Assembly: GCA_050014415.1 (NCBI GenBank)
Contig: JBEKDJ010000022.1
Span: forward strand, 1 to 40,799
DNA from: Thermodesulfobacteriota bacterium
Lineage (GTDB): Bacteria; Desulfobacterota; BSN033; UBA1163
DNA: 40,799 nt
Direction: 5' to 3'
Position 1 is the stretch's first letter, and each line of letters opens with the position of its first letter. The notes under the pieces were generated by a model that saw only the letters and a list, made by a program, of their open reading frames with translations, was not told the origin of the DNA and ran no database searches. Made by a program: the position numbers and the translations under genes. Below are positions 10,072-20,666 of the stretch, piece by piece.

Positions 10072-10217
10072 GGTGTAGGACGTTTTAGGTGGTATTTGAT
10101 TTGTGTGTCAGGGGGGATACCGAGATACGGACAGGGAGGAGAGAATGGATTGTAGGGTAAATGGTGAAGTCATTGTTGAGGCACTAGGACTCTACATTTT
10201 AGATGCTTTGAAATGTC

Positions 10218-10726
10218 TTGACCGATAGGTCCGCCGAGGACGGTATAACGCTCTTCGAACGTACCGTTCGCGTGACTGCAAAGAACTTTCTTATCCAAAA
10301 CAAGCTTGGGAATGCCCTGTTTCAAAAGGGAGAAATTGGGAAGGCCATGATCCATTATCAAGAGGCTCTGCGGATCAATCCCGATTTTGCTGAAGCATAC
10401 AACAACATTGGAAACGCGTTGCTTTACGGTGGCGATATCCAGCGTGCTATTGTTTATTACACAAAAGCTCTTTCACAGGCTCCTGATTATGCCGATGCCA
10501 CAACAACTTGGGATTCGCCCTGGCTCGCCAGAGAAAGATCGAGGAGGCCATCGTCCATTATACTGAGACCTTGTGGGAAAGGCCTGATTTCCCGGAGGCC
10601 CATTTCTCCAGAGGTCTCGCCTATATGACGATTGATAATCGTGGTGCGGCGAAGGAAGAATATGAAGTCCTCAAGAAAATCCGTCCAGACTTAACAAATG
10701 CCCTCTCCCGCAGAATGATCAGGTGA
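10218..10726 (+). pseudogene. TPR-repeat protein fragment with frameshift
   Basis: TPR motifs in two frames (..PDYADA | HNNLGFAL..) joined by one missing C near 10498; no credible N-terminus. Confidence 0.75.
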
Positions 10727-10978
10727 AGGAAGCCAATCCGCCAGCGCCGACACCTATGGAGAAGGAGCTACAGACGCCTCTTTCCGCACTTAGACTTTGG
10801 ATTTCATCGTATGAGGGTGCCGCTCCAAGCTATTTCCGATAGCCTCTCCCTGTGCGATCTGACTTCGTTGCCCCAGCCGTAATTGAGGGATGACGAAGCC
10901 TCTGTAATTTGGTTTGAAAAATGGACCGGAATCTGTTATATAACACGAAAATTTTTTCTCAACATGCTGGAGGAAAAA

Positions 10979-12292
10979 ATGGAGGTTCGTTCACTAAGGA
11001 GCATTTGGATATCAGGATTGATTCTGGCTGTCTTCTTTTTAGTGCTTCCGAATCAAGGCTTTTCCAAGAGTGCCAGGACATCAAAGAACACGAAGCCGCG
11101 GGGGGCTCAAACACATCAGAAGGCTCAAGCTCCAGGGACAACCCAGGCCGCACGGACGACCCAGGGCGGTTTCGACTGTGATGCGCAATCCGCAGTGCTG
11201 ATGGATGGCCTTACGGGTCAGGTGCTTTACGAGCAGAATCCTCAATTAAGGATGGCCCCTGCCAGTTTCGTCAAAGTCATGACCCTCTATTTAGTCTATG
11301 ACGCCATTCATGCCGGGCAGATGAAGACGGATGATCTTGTGACAGTGAGCGAAAGGGCATGGAGAAGGGCGTGGAAAACCGAAGGCTCAAAGATGTTCGT
11401 CAAGGTTGGAGAGAGGGTGACGGTTGAAGACCTCATGAAAGGAGTTGCCATTGCATCCGGAAATGATGCATGCGTTGCTCTGGCCGAACATCTGTCGGGA
11501 TCCGAGGAGGCCTTCGTTTCGAAGATGAATGAGAAAGCCAAGATGCTGGGGCTAAATGATTCTCAGTTTAGAAACTCTGACGGGATGCCTGCCGATGGGC
11601 AATATATCACGGCCATGGATATGGCCACCCTGTCGCGGCACTATATTGAAGACCATCCGGAAGCGCTCCTTCTTCACTCTACGACTGAGTTTGAATACAA
11701 TGGGATTCGGCAGGGAAACCGGAATACTCTTCTCCAGAAGAATATTGGAGTGGATGGGTTGAAGACAGGCCATGTCAAGGAATCGGGCTATCATCTGACA
11801 GCCACCGCGAAGAGAGACGGCCAGAGAATGATCGCCGTGGTGATGGGGTGTGATAAGATGAAGAAAAGGGCTCCAGAAGCTCAGAAGCTATTAGAATATG
11901 GTTTCAAGAACTTCTCAACAGTGGAGGCTGTTAAGAAGGGGACTCCCTTTGGTCCAGTGAAAGTGAAAAGAGGTAAGCTGAAAGAGGTCACACTGATGGC
12001 TGAAGGGGATGCAAGGGTGACCGTGGCAAAAGGCAAGGAGAAAGTGGTGTCCGTCATGGCTCAGTTGCCACCTGTCGTTGTCGCTCCGATCCAGAAAGGT
12101 CAAGTGTTAGCAAAAGTTTTCGTCCAGAACGAAGGAAAAGTGGTTAAGGAAATCTCACTCCTCTCTTCATCCAATGTGGAGAAGAGCATTATACCCTCTT
12201 GGCCAGTAATAGGTGCGGGCCTGCTTGGACTTGCCATCATAGGTCTCATCGGGTTTTGGCGGCTCCGTCGACCACGACGGAAGAAATTCTGA
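10979..12292 (+). CDS. dacA: D-alanyl-D-alanine carboxypeptidase (peptidase S11, PBP5/6-like)
   Basis: Signal peptide, SxxK (ASFVK), SGN, KTG, PBP5 C-domain, then a C-terminal TM helix and basic tail. Start at ATG 10979 behind GGAGG. Confidence 0.88.
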   Translation: MEVRSLRSIWISGLILAVFFLVLPNQGFSKSARTSKNTKPRGAQTHQKAQAPGTTQAARTTQGGFDCDAQSAVLMDGLTGQVLYEQNPQLRMAPASFVKVMTLYLVYDAIHAGQMKTDDLVTVSERAWRRAWKTEGSKMFVKVGERVTVEDLMKGVAIASGNDACVALAEHLSGSEEAFVSKMNEKAKMLGLNDSQFRNSDGMPADGQYITAMDMATLSRHYIEDHPEALLLHSTTEFEYNGIRQGNRNTLLQKNIGVDGLKTGHVKESGYHLTATAKRDGQRMIAVVMGCDKMKKRAPEAQKLLEYGFKNFSTVEAVKKGTPFGPVKVKRGKLKEVTLMAEGDARVTVAKGKEKVVSVMAQLPPVVVAPIQKGQVLAKVFVQNEGKVVKEISLLSSSNVEKSIIPSWPVIGAGLLGLAIIGLIGFWRLRRPRRKKF

Positions 12293-12418
12293 TGGTTGCC
12301 GCCGTTATTTTCACAAAATTGAGTTCCGAATCCGGTTCGACGTCCTTGTTAAGTAGCAATCCACCCCTAACCATTTCAGATATGAAGGGAAGGATGGGCT
12401 TTAATTTCGAATATTAAT

Positions 12419-12967
12419 ATGGGGGAAGCGTCGTCCATAAGAAGTCAGGAGATAAAGACCCCTTCCTACAGAAAGGAAGCATTCTATTTCTTTATCAAGT
12501 TTCTTGTCCTCATGGGCCTTCTCCTCTTCCTAGAGCTCTTCAATCCTGTCAATCAGAAGGTGATCATCCCTTTTAGTGGTTTCCTCGCTCGGGGCAGTGT
12601 CTTTTTGCTCAAACTCATTGGAACTGAGACAAAAGCCTCTTCCACCCTCATTGTCTCGCAGCAGTTTTCGGCAGATATAAAGGCCGGCTGTACCGGGATT
12701 GAACCAATCATCATTCTGATCGCCGCCATGTTTGCCTTCCGGGCATCATGGAAGGCAAAATTCTGTGGCGCTTTTCTTGGAATGGTTATCCTTCAGGGAA
12801 TCAATCTGGTAAGGATCGTCAGTCTTGTTTATCTTGGAGTCAATCATCCTCGATATTTTAGCGAAGCTCATACCTATATCTGGCAGATTGTGATCATCGC
12901 CTTAAGTCTATTCTTATGGATTGTTTGGGCAAAGGGTCTAAAATCATATGAAACTGGAGCCTCTTAA
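12419..12967 (+). CDS. xrtH: Exosortase H-type transpeptidase
   Basis: Small multi-TM protein with Cys (AGCTG), Arg (NLVR) and His (AHTYIWQ) triad; an IPTL-like substrate lies nearby. Confidence 0.8.
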   Translation: MGEASSIRSQEIKTPSYRKEAFYFFIKFLVLMGLLLFLELFNPVNQKVIIPFSGFLARGSVFLLKLIGTETKASSTLIVSQQFSADIKAGCTGIEPIIILIAAMFAFRASWKAKFCGAFLGMVILQGINLVRIVSLVYLGVNHPRYFSEAHTYIWQIVIIALSLFLWIVWAKGLKSYETGAS

Positions 12968-13559
12968 ACTTCTTCTTCTGAAGGGCCTCCTCTTTCTGAT
13001 CATCGGACTGGTCCTTTGGATTTACCTCCAGCCTTCCTACTCAAAGCTCATCGTCTCGGTATCGCAAGAGGTAGTCACCTGGCTTCAGGGTGAGGGCATG
13101 GAAAAAACCTGGATCGGGCTTCAAGGAAATATGATCCTTTACATCCCTCGGGGATTAATTGCAGGTGAAAAGAAAAACATCTTTGCATGGAAAAGGGATA
13201 TTAGGGACATCCACTATAATTCGGTGATCCTCTTTGCCTTGATCCTTTTCTCCCCTGGCCTCGGTTTCGGTAAAAGAGGCTGGGTTCTGATGGCAGGACT
13301 GACCCTTCTTTTTCTCATACAGGTTTTAACGGTCCTTGTTCAGGCAAAGTTTATATATGTCTTTCAAATGGGCGAATACAGCAGGGCTCATTACAGGGCC
13401 TGGGATCGGAATATCATAGCCTTCCTGAAACAGTTTTTGGAACTGATAGGGAAGTTCTCATTCCCTTTTGCGATCTGGATGCTCTTCACCTACAAAGAGA
13501 CTACGGGCTATTTGGCCGGAGCAAGAGAGGCAAAGCCTCGCAAGAGAAGGAAAAGGTGA
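12948..13559 (+). CDS. Exosortase H-associated membrane protein
   Basis: Multi-TM protein overlapping the xrtH stop; LFALILFSPG and FPFAIW segments; call rests on gene context. Confidence 0.65.
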   Translation: MKLEPLKLLLLKGLLFLIIGLVLWIYLQPSYSKLIVSVSQEVVTWLQGEGMEKTWIGLQGNMILYIPRGLIAGEKKNIFAWKRDIRDIHYNSVILFALILFSPGLGFGKRGWVLMAGLTLLFLIQVLTVLVQAKFIYVFQMGEYSRAHYRAWDRNIIAFLKQFLELIGKFSFPFAIWMLFTYKETTGYLAGAREAKPRKRRKR

Positions 13560-13647
13560 GAGAGGGCTCATTGGGAGATTAGTATTCTGACAGGCTGCAA
13601 AGTCCTGTTTAAAGGCAATTCCCTCTCAAAGCTATATGCAAAATAAA

Positions 13648-13675
13648 AGGGGCGAGATGTCATACCTCGCCCTCT
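13648..13675. terminator. Terminator hairpin between convergent genes
   Basis: GGGCGAG-N9-CTCGCCC stem with an A-run on the left (U-tract on the minus strand). Confidence 0.55.
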
Positions 13676-13702
13676 ATCAATTCCCTTCTTTAAAAAACCG
13701 TT

Positions 13703-14027
13703 TTATTTGGTCATCTGTAGTCTCCTCAAATAATACATTGCCACCGAGTCCAAGGACACCATCAAGAGGATCATTCCCCGCTCTGTTAGCGTAGGGACTG
13801 AAACTGAAACAACCGGTGGCGGAGGCCCGATGAACTGGCCAAAGGCTATTGGGCCTGTCCCTACTGATATTGGGGCGCCTAACACCGTGTTGGTTGCAGT
13901 ATCAATGACAGAGACGTTGTTGCTGTTTAAAGTTTGTGATGTAAGCAAAAGGTGTAGCCCATGTATTAACGCATATCCCCAAAAACAGCAGGACGACAAC
14001 CGAAAATAAACAAATCTTCTTTCTCAT
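13703..14027 (-). pseudogene. Collapsed YVTN beta-propeller protein with IPTL-CTERM-like sorting signal, frameshifted
   Basis: MRKKICLFSVVVLLFLGICVNTWA-TPFAYITNF, then a +1 shift at 13926-13931 into NSNNVSVIDTATNTV...VSVPTLTERGMILL...YYLRR. Confidence 0.8.
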
Positions 14028-14238
14028 AGCATCATCCCTCCTTTCTTTCGTAAACAATGTGAAAAACGCATCAAACATTCAAAAAAATAGGAGTCCCTTC
14101 AAAATCCCAATGAATAGTGATTTTGGAATACACGAAATGAGGGATTTGTCAACCGTTGGGGAATGCATAAGACACTGATGAAATCTTTAGTAAGTAAACA
14201 CTTGTCCCCTCAAATCCTTGAATCCTCGCCTTATCACG

Positions 14239-15127
14239 TTATTTTGGCATCACACCACTTGGGAACTTCTCATTGTATATTTTCTTCACCTCTGGCATCT
14301 TCTCTAAGAGTCCTGCCTTGAACATGTCCCTGGCCACATTCTCCCACTTCTTTGGAAGGATGTAACCTAAACCGTATTTTCTTGTGTCAGGTGTGATCAT
14401 CAAGGCCTTCATCGGAGCAATCGCATCCATCTCATGGACAAAATCGAGATCTTCATCGATCTTTTTCAGGATTTCAAAGGTTTCTCTCGGGTTTTCGTAG
14501 GTCCACCGAAATCCTTTGTATCTCCCCGTCACTACTGCTTGAACGACATCTGGATATTTCTTGACGATCTCCTCTGTGGTGAATAGCACATTGTCCATCC
14601 AGTCGATGCCAAAATACCTGTAGTCGATAGTATAGAAGATCTTCCCGATTTTTCTCATCTCCCGTTGAGCGGTAATCAGTTCGTTATAGGTCATCGCAGA
14701 GGCGAGTAACCAGTTTCTGGCTAACCAGGGCTTGATGTCTTCACCTTGGTTCTGGATGGTGAACTGTTTTTCCCAACCTTTTCCTACGACACATTTGGCC
14801 TTCGCATCGTATCCGGTCCAGAGGCCAAAGTTCCCTTTGATCTCTTTTGCTGACTTGATTGGTTTCCAGCTGATGATCCTCATGGCACTGCTCTGAAAAT
14901 CAACACTCATGGCAACGAGATCGAATCGGCGAGATACCCGGTCCTCCTTGGACCTCTGTGACATTCACTTTCCCGTAAAATCCCTTATCTGCTGCAACCC
15001 AACCGCCTGCTGATTCCATATGAACAAGCCAGGCCTCGTACACAATGGCTTCTTTTCCTTGGCCAATGGCAGAGCATGGTAGGTTGTTCAGTAATAATAT
15101 TAGCAGATATAGGAAACACCTTTTCAT
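14239..15127 (-). pseudogene. NMT1/THI5-like ABC substrate-binding protein, frameshifted or internally deleted
   Basis: N-part (signal peptide, AADKGFY, QGGPGISPI) and C-part (FDLVA..FQSS, MTYNE, PDVV..KGFRW..NP) lie in different frames joined near 14924. Confidence 0.7.
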
Positions 15128-15188
15128 GCCCTGGTTCTCCTCCTTTCTAATCTCGAGTTTCGAGTTCAGATCTTCTCTTATTGGTTTC

Positions 15189-18100
15189 TTACTTGGAACT
15201 CCGAACCCCTAACTCTGGACCTCTATTGGCAGATGGCAGATAGCTGGCAGATGATAGCTGAATGTTGCGGTGGTATTCCTGGACCGATTTAACCGATATC
15301 CCTTTCTTCAAGAGGGATTCAATTCCATTGACGACCGCTTCCGCACCGGAGAGAGTTGTGATACAGGGAATGTTGTGGGCTACCGATTGGCTGCGGATGG
15401 CCACTTCGTCCGTTTTTGGCTTCTTTCCGCTCGGTGTATTGATGACCAGATGTATCTCTCCGTTCTTCATCTGATCCACGATATCCGGTCTGCCTTCCCC
15501 AACCTTGAATACCGTTTGAACAGGGATCCCGTTGTTGGCCAAGACTTTGGCCGTTCCTTTGGTGGCTACCACCTCGAATCCGAGATCGATCAACTTCTTC
15601 GCGACGAAGACGATAGACCGTTTATCCTTGTTCATGACGCTGATGAAGACCCTTCCTTTCAAAGGAATCCGAGCCCCGGCACCGACTTGGGACTTGGCAA
15701 AAGCCAGCCCAAAATCTGTGTCGATCCCCATCACCTCACCCGTCGATTTCATCTCCGGACCCAGCACTGTATCCACACCATAAAAACGGTTAAACGGGAA
15801 GACGGACTCTTTCACCGCGAAATGATCGATTTCTACCTCTCCCTCAATTCCAAGTTCCTTGAGATGTCTTCCCACCATGACCTTGGCTGCTATCTTGGCC
15901 CAGGGGACTCCTGTCGCTTTGCTGATAAATGGAACGGTTCTGGAAGCCCTGGGGTTTACTTCGAGAACATAGATGATATCGTTTTTGATCGCATATTGGA
16001 TATTCATCAAACCCACGACCTCGAGTTCTTTGGCTAAGGCGTAGGTGTTGCGCTTCAAGCCGTCGATCAGTTCATCACTTAGGGAATAAGGCGGGGTGAC
16101 ACAAGCACTGTCCCCGGAATGGATCCCAGCCGCTTCGATATGTTCCATGATGCCAGCGATGACACAGGTCTCTCCGTCGGCCACGGCATCGACGTCGATT
16201 TCGATCGCATCTTCCAGAAATTTATCAATGAGTATGGGGTGCTCGGAAGAGGCCTCCACAGCACGGCGGGCAAAACTCCATAGGGATTCCTCATCATAGA
16301 GGATCTCCATTGCCCTTCCCCCTAAGACATAAGAGGGTCTCACCACCACCGGATAGCCAATGTCATCTGCAATGGCCCTGGCTTCTTCGACAGAAGTGGC
16401 TGTGCCATTGAATGGCTGAATGAGTCCCAACTTCTTGAGAAGAGCCTTGAAACGTTCTCGATCTTCAGCCCGGTCGATATTCTCAGGGGTCGTCCCGATG
16501 ATCTTCGCTCCAGCTTTCTCCAAGGAAACCGCCAGATTAAGAGGCGTCTGCCCACCGAACTGGACAATGACCCCATCAGGGTTTTCGATGCGGATGATGT
16601 GGAGCACATCTTCAAGTGTGAGGGGCTCGAAATAGAGCTTGTCCGAGGTGTCGTAGTCGGTCGAAACCGTCTCCGGATTGGAGTTCACCATGATTGTCTC
16701 ATACCCCAACTCTTTCAGGGCAAATGAGGCATGGACGCAGCAGTAGTCGAATTCGATCCCTTGCCCAATTCGATTCGGACCTCCGCCCAAAATCATAACT
16801 TTCTTTCTTGAAGAGGCCTTGGATTCGTCTTCCGTCTCGTAAGTGGAGTAGTAGTAAGGGGTGTAGGCTTCAAATTCCGCACCACAGGTGTCGACCAATT
16901 TGTAGGTAGGAAGAATCTCTTTTTCTATTCTCATGTTTCGGAGAGTGGTTTCGTCAAACCCAAGAAGGTATCCCAGTTGGAAATCGGAGAAGCCATACTC
17001 CTTTGCCTTTCTTAAAAGAGGATCTGGAAGACGGAGTTGATCGGGTGCCAATGTCTTTTTCCAGAGCTCCAGATCTCTCACCTTTGGGCCGTAAGAGCTG
17101 ATCTCCTTTTCAAGATTGACGATTTCGTGAATATTGTAGAGAAACCAGGGATCGATCTGAGTCAATTCGTGGACCTCTTCAACCTTCATCCCCAAGAGAA
17201 GAGCATATCGTATATAGAAGATCCTCTCTGCAGTCGGAGTGGAGAGTCTTTTCCTGACCTCGTCAAGGACAGTAGGAGAAATCGACCCGTTGAGCATCTC
17301 AGAAGGGGAGGGAAATTTATCCTTTCCATCTGCGCCGAGACCAAATCTTCCGATCTCTAAGGAACGAAGGCCTTTTTGAAGGGCTTCTTTGAAAGTTCGG
17401 CCAATGGCCATGGTCTCGCCCACGGACTTCATCGAAATGGTCAGGGTGGGATCAGCTCCAGGAAATTTTTCGAATGTAAACCTCGGAATCTTCACCACGC
17501 AGTAGTCGATGGTGGGTTCGAAACAGGCGGGCGTTTTTTGGGTGATATCATTAGGAATCTCGTCAAGCGTATATCCAACAGCCAGTTTAGCAGCCATCTT
17601 TGCGATGGGGAATCCCGTAGCTTTGGAGGCAAGGGCGGAAGACCGGGAGACCCTCGGGTTCATCTCAATGATGACCATGCGCCCATCTTGAGGGCAAATG
17701 GCGAATTGGATATTCGATCCTCCGGTCTCTACGCCGATCTCTCGAATGGCGCGGATCGCGCCATCCCTCATCCTCTGGTATTCCTTGTCTGTTAGGGTTT
17801 GGGCAGGGGCCACGGTGATGCTGTCGCCGGTATGAATGCCCATGGGATCAAAATTTTCAATGGAACAGATGATGACGACATTGTCATTGAGGTCCCGCAT
17901 CACCTCCAGCTCGAATTCCTTCCAACCGAGGACAGACTCTTCAATCAGGATCTCACCGATCATGCTCGACTCGAGTCCTCTGGCCGCCACCTCTTCGAAC
18001 TCTTTGATGTTGTAAGCCACACCGCCGCCGGTTCCGCCCAATGTGAAGCTCGGTCGGACGATTAAGGGAAAACCAATCCCCTTTGTTACTTCCAAGGCCT

Positions 18101-18560
18101 CGACGAGGGAATGGGCCAGTCCGCTCCTGGGAAGGTCGAGGCCAGCCTTCTTCATCGATTCCTTGAAGAGATTTCGGTCCTCCCCTTTCTTGATGGCCTC
18201 ATATTTGGCCCCAATCATCTGGACGCTATATTTCTGAAGGACCCCAGACTCGTAGAGGGCAACGGAGACGTTGAGACCGGTCTGGCCGCCCAATGTAGGA
18301 AGAAGGGCATGTGGTCTCTCCCGCTCGATGATCTTTTCTAATATCTCTGGAGTGATCGGCTCGATGTAGGTGCGGTCAGCCATTTCAGGATCGGTCATGA
18401 TCGTGGCAGGGTTGGAGTTGACCAGTACCACCTCAAACCCTTCCTCCTTCAAAGCCTTGCAGGCTTGCGTGCCGGAGTAGTCAAATTCGCAGGCCTGGCT
18501 GATCACAATGGGTCCTGAGCCAATGATCAGAATTCTTTTGATGTCGGTTCTCTTAGGCAT
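15189..18560 (-). CDS. carB: Carbamoyl-phosphate synthase large subunit
   Basis: [16 protein letters not shown], duplicated ATP-grasp domains ([19 protein letters not shown]), MGS domain. Confidence 0.98.
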   Translation of the reverse strand: MPKRTDIKRILIIGSGPIVISQACEFDYSGTQACKALKEEGFEVVLVNSNPATIMTDPEMADRTYIEPITPEILEKIIERERPHALLPTLGGQTGLNVSVALYESGVLQKYSVQMIGAKYEAIKKGEDRNLFKESMKKAGLDLPRSGLAHSLVEALEVTKGIGFPLIVRPSFTLGGTGGGVAYNIKEFEEVAARGLESSMIGEILIEESVLGWKEFELEVMRDLNDNVVIICSIENFDPMGIHTGDSITVAPAQTLTDKEYQRMRDGAIRAIREIGVETGGSNIQFAICPQDGRMVIIEMNPRVSRSSALASKATGFPIAKMAAKLAVGYTLDEIPNDITQKTPACFEPTIDYCVVKIPRFTFEKFPGADPTLTISMKSVGETMAIGRTFKEALQKGLRSLEIGRFGLGADGKDKFPSPSEMLNGSISPTVLDEVRKRLSTPTAERIFYIRYALLLGMKVEEVHELTQIDPWFLYNIHEIVNLEKEISSYGPKVRDLELWKKTLAPDQLRLPDPLLRKAKEYGFSDFQLGYLLGFDETTLRNMRIEKEILPTYKLVDTCGAEFEAYTPYYYSTYETEDESKASSRKKVMILGGGPNRIGQGIEFDYCCVHASFALKELGYETIMVNSNPETVSTDYDTSDKLYFEPLTLEDVLHIIRIENPDGVIVQFGGQTPLNLAVSLEKAGAKIIGTTPENIDRAEDRERFKALLKKLGLIQPFNGTATSVEEARAIADDIGYPVVVRPSYVLGGRAMEILYDEESLWSFARRAVEASSEHPILIDKFLEDAIEIDVDAVADGETCVIAGIMEHIEAAGIHSGDSACVTPPYSLSDELIDGLKRNTYALAKELEVVGLMNIQYAIKNDIIYVLEVNPRASRTVPFISKATGVPWAKIAAKVMVGRHLKELGIEGEVEIDHFAVKESVFPFNRFYGVDTVLGPEMKSTGEVMGIDTDFGLAFAKSQVGAGARIPLKGRVFISVMNKDKRSIVFVAKKLIDLGFEVVATKGTAKVLANNGIPVQTVFKVGEGRPDIVDQMKNGEIHLVINTPSGKKPKTDEVAIRSQSVAHNIPCITTLSGAEAVVNGIESLLKKGISVKSVQEYHRNIQLSSASYLPSANRGPELGVRSSK

Positions 18561-19698
18561 TCGAGTGTCGCTCCATCATCTTCACAAATTCACTGAAGAG
18601 ATCTTGGGTATCATGAGGTCCTGGAGAGGCCTCAGGATGGTACTGTACTGAAAAGACCGGAAGTGTCTTATGCCTCATCCCTTCAAGGGTTTGGTCATTG
18701 AGGTTGATCTGTGTTAATTCGATCTGGTCAGGATCCAGGGAATGGGGGTCCACACTGAATCCATGATTCTGGGAAGTGATCGCCACCTTGCCGTTTCTGA
18801 TATCTTTGACCGGCTGATTGGCTCCCCGATGGCCAAATTTCAATTTGAAGGTCTTTCCTCCCATAGCCAATCCCAAGAGCTGGTGCCCCAAGCAGATCCC
18901 GAAGATCGGTTTCTCCCCAATGAGTTGGCGGACAGTCTCAATGACATATGGCACCCCTTCAGGGTCGCCCGGCCCATTGGACAAAAGGATTCCATCCGGA
19001 TGATATGAGAGGATCGATTCTACAGATGAGGAAGCGGGTAGGACGATCACTTCACAGTTCCAGTCTCGAAGGGAACGGAGGATATTGTATTTGACGCCGA
19101 AATCGAGAACAACCACTCTTGGCCGATAGTGGAGATTGGAAGATCGAAAGCCGACATTGGAAAAGCTTGGATTGTTGCTGGCCGTCCATTCAAAGGGTTT
19201 TTCGCATGTGACTTCCTTGACCAGGTCCCGACCGATGAGACCTGGGGAGGTCTTCGCCTTTTCGATCAGATGGTCTCGATCCAGGTCTTCAGTGGAAAGG
19301 ATGGCTTTCATTGCACCCGCCAGGCGGATATGCTTTGTGAGCGCCCGGGTATCCATGCCCTCCACTCCCATGATGCGATGTTTAATCAAGTAGGCGGATA
19401 AAGGTTTCTCACCCCGCCAGTTGCTGAAGAAGGGGCTGTTCTCTTTGATGATGAACCCTTCCACCTTCGGTCCTTGGGACTCAATATCTTCCTCATTGAC
19501 TCCATAGTTTCCAATGAGAGGATACGTCATGATGACGATCTGACCTTTATAGGAGGGGTCAGTAAGGATTTCCTGGTAGCCGGCCATGCTGGTATTGAAG
19601 ACAACTTCACCCGACTTTTCACCGGGGAAGCCGAAAGAATTTCCTTCGAATATCGTTCCATCTTCTAAAGCCAATATGGCTTTCTGAGGAGGGTTCAT
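18553..19698 (-). CDS. carA: Carbamoyl-phosphate synthase small subunit
   Basis: [33 protein letters not shown]. Start at ATG 19698 behind AAGGAG. Confidence 0.97.
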   Translation of the reverse strand: MNPPQKAILALEDGTIFEGNSFGFPGEKSGEVVFNTSMAGYQEILTDPSYKGQIVIMTYPLIGNYGVNEEDIESQGPKVEGFIIKENSPFFSNWRGEKPLSAYLIKHRIMGVEGMDTRALTKHIRLAGAMKAILSTEDLDRDHLIEKAKTSPGLIGRDLVKEVTCEKPFEWTASNNPSFSNVGFRSSNLHYRPRVVVLDFGVKYNILRSLRDWNCEVIVLPASSSVESILSYHPDGILLSNGPGDPEGVPYVIETVRQLIGEKPIFGICLGHQLLGLAMGGKTFKLKFGHRGANQPVKDIRNGKVAITSQNHGFSVDPHSLDPDQIELTQINLNDQTLEGMRHKTLPVFSVQYHPEASPGPHDTQDLFSEFVKMMERHSNA

Positions 19699-19749
19699 CA
19701 AGTTTCTCCTTTCCAACTCCCCCATCCCTGTCAATCACATTCCCCGCAT

Positions 19750-19791
19750 AAAAAAAGACCCCCGATCCCGTTTCAACAGGATCGAGGGTCT
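19750..19791 (-). terminator. Intrinsic terminator in the carAB 5' leader (attenuator candidate)
   Basis: 15-bp stem AGACCCTCGATCCTG/CGGGATCGGGGGTCT, 6-nt loop, followed by a T-run. Confidence 0.8.
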
Positions 19792-19844
19792 CTGTTTTGG
19801 CTTTGCTTGTTTGATCATAGAGATTTGTCTAAACCATTTCCCTT

Positions 19845-19873
19845 TTTTTACCATACCCATCTTTGTTTGTCAA
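19845..19873 (-). promoter_or_regulatory. Putative sigma70 promoter of carAB
   Basis: Minus strand TTGACA-17 bp-TAAAAA with an extended TG. Confidence 0.55.
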
Positions 19874-20002
19874 GATGCCATTTTTTTGTTCATTTTTTCT
19901 TTCACATTCCACTCGTATGCAGACTATCACGCTCCGACGCAGTGCCAAGAGACAAAACCTCAGGCATTTTCCTGTTGTTACAAGTCAAGAATGGGAATCG
20001 TA

Positions 20003-20404
20003 TTACAGTTGACGGATGCTCTTTACAGCCGAGGATATTACAAATGCTCTTATGTTATTACTCTTGGGGTCCGCAGGAAAGATAAAAAAGCCTTGTCGGT
20101 TACGGTCGTACCCTAAAGTTGACCCAACAATTACCTCGCCGTCCGTGAATGTCACCTCTATTTTCTTGCCGGAGGGTTTTTCTCCTTCGACGTACTTTTT
20201 CCGCTCATTATACTCGGGTGTTCCAATGAAATCTCGAACCATAAAAACAGCCTTCAGGTCTTTTAGAAGCACCTCGATTGCGCCATTAGAGGAACTATCA
20301 GCTGGGATAAGGTGAAAACAATCCTTGTTCGCAGAAAAATCTCGAGTTGAACCTTTGACTACCATGCCATTGACAAATCGTAGAACAATCTTGATGGGTT
20401 CCAT
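20003..20404 (-). CDS. Conserved hypothetical protein with two similar beta-rich halves (probably DUF6982-like)
   Basis: IVLRFVNGMVVKG..FHLIP and IEVTFTDGEVIVG..FFIFP; start at 20404 behind GGAGG/AGGTG. Family name recalled, not searched. Confidence 0.7.
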   Translation of the reverse strand: MEPIKIVLRFVNGMVVKGSTRDFSANKDCFHLIPADSSSNGAIEVLLKDLKAVFMVRDFIGTPEYNERKKYVEGEKPSGKKIEVTFTDGEVIVGSTLGYDRNRQGFFIFPADPKSNNIRAFVISSAVKSIRQL

Positions 20405-20490
20405 TTCACCTGCCTCCGTCGGTTTCTTTGGCTTTTCATCTCCTTCTTGAGAGCAATTTGGCTCTGTCAACCTCTTTTTTGTCATTTAGC

Positions 20491-20507
20491 AGCAAGTTTA
20501 ATGCCGA
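20491..20507 (-). promoter_or_regulatory. Putative sigma54 (-24/-12) promoter
   Basis: Minus strand TCGGCATTAAACTTGCT: GG-N10-GC spacing with TTGC. Confidence 0.55.
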
Positions 20508-20666
20508 TTAACCTTCAAATTCTTAACACGTTGAATTTTAATGAGAAACTTGAGTTCTGCCATTCCATTGAAGGATTAGGTGGTCAAAAAATTGTCACAA
20601 CTCTCTATAAATTGTTTAAGATCATCTCCTGAAGAGTTGACAATCCCTTAAGGGTCTTTCCTATTA

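Noticed and set aside
5830-10726. Genomic island integrated at tRNA-Leu
   Set aside because: No integrase, and no duplicated tRNA 3' end seen in the window.
13925-13931. TTTAAAC slippery heptamer at the YVTN frameshift
   Set aside because: Repair needs +1, whereas U_UUA_AAC drives -1 and is not in the required phase; a simple insertion is more likely.
15270-16037. Long antisense ORFs over carB, gap and the LPS genes
   Set aside because: Shadow frames of well-supported genes with no recognisable motifs.
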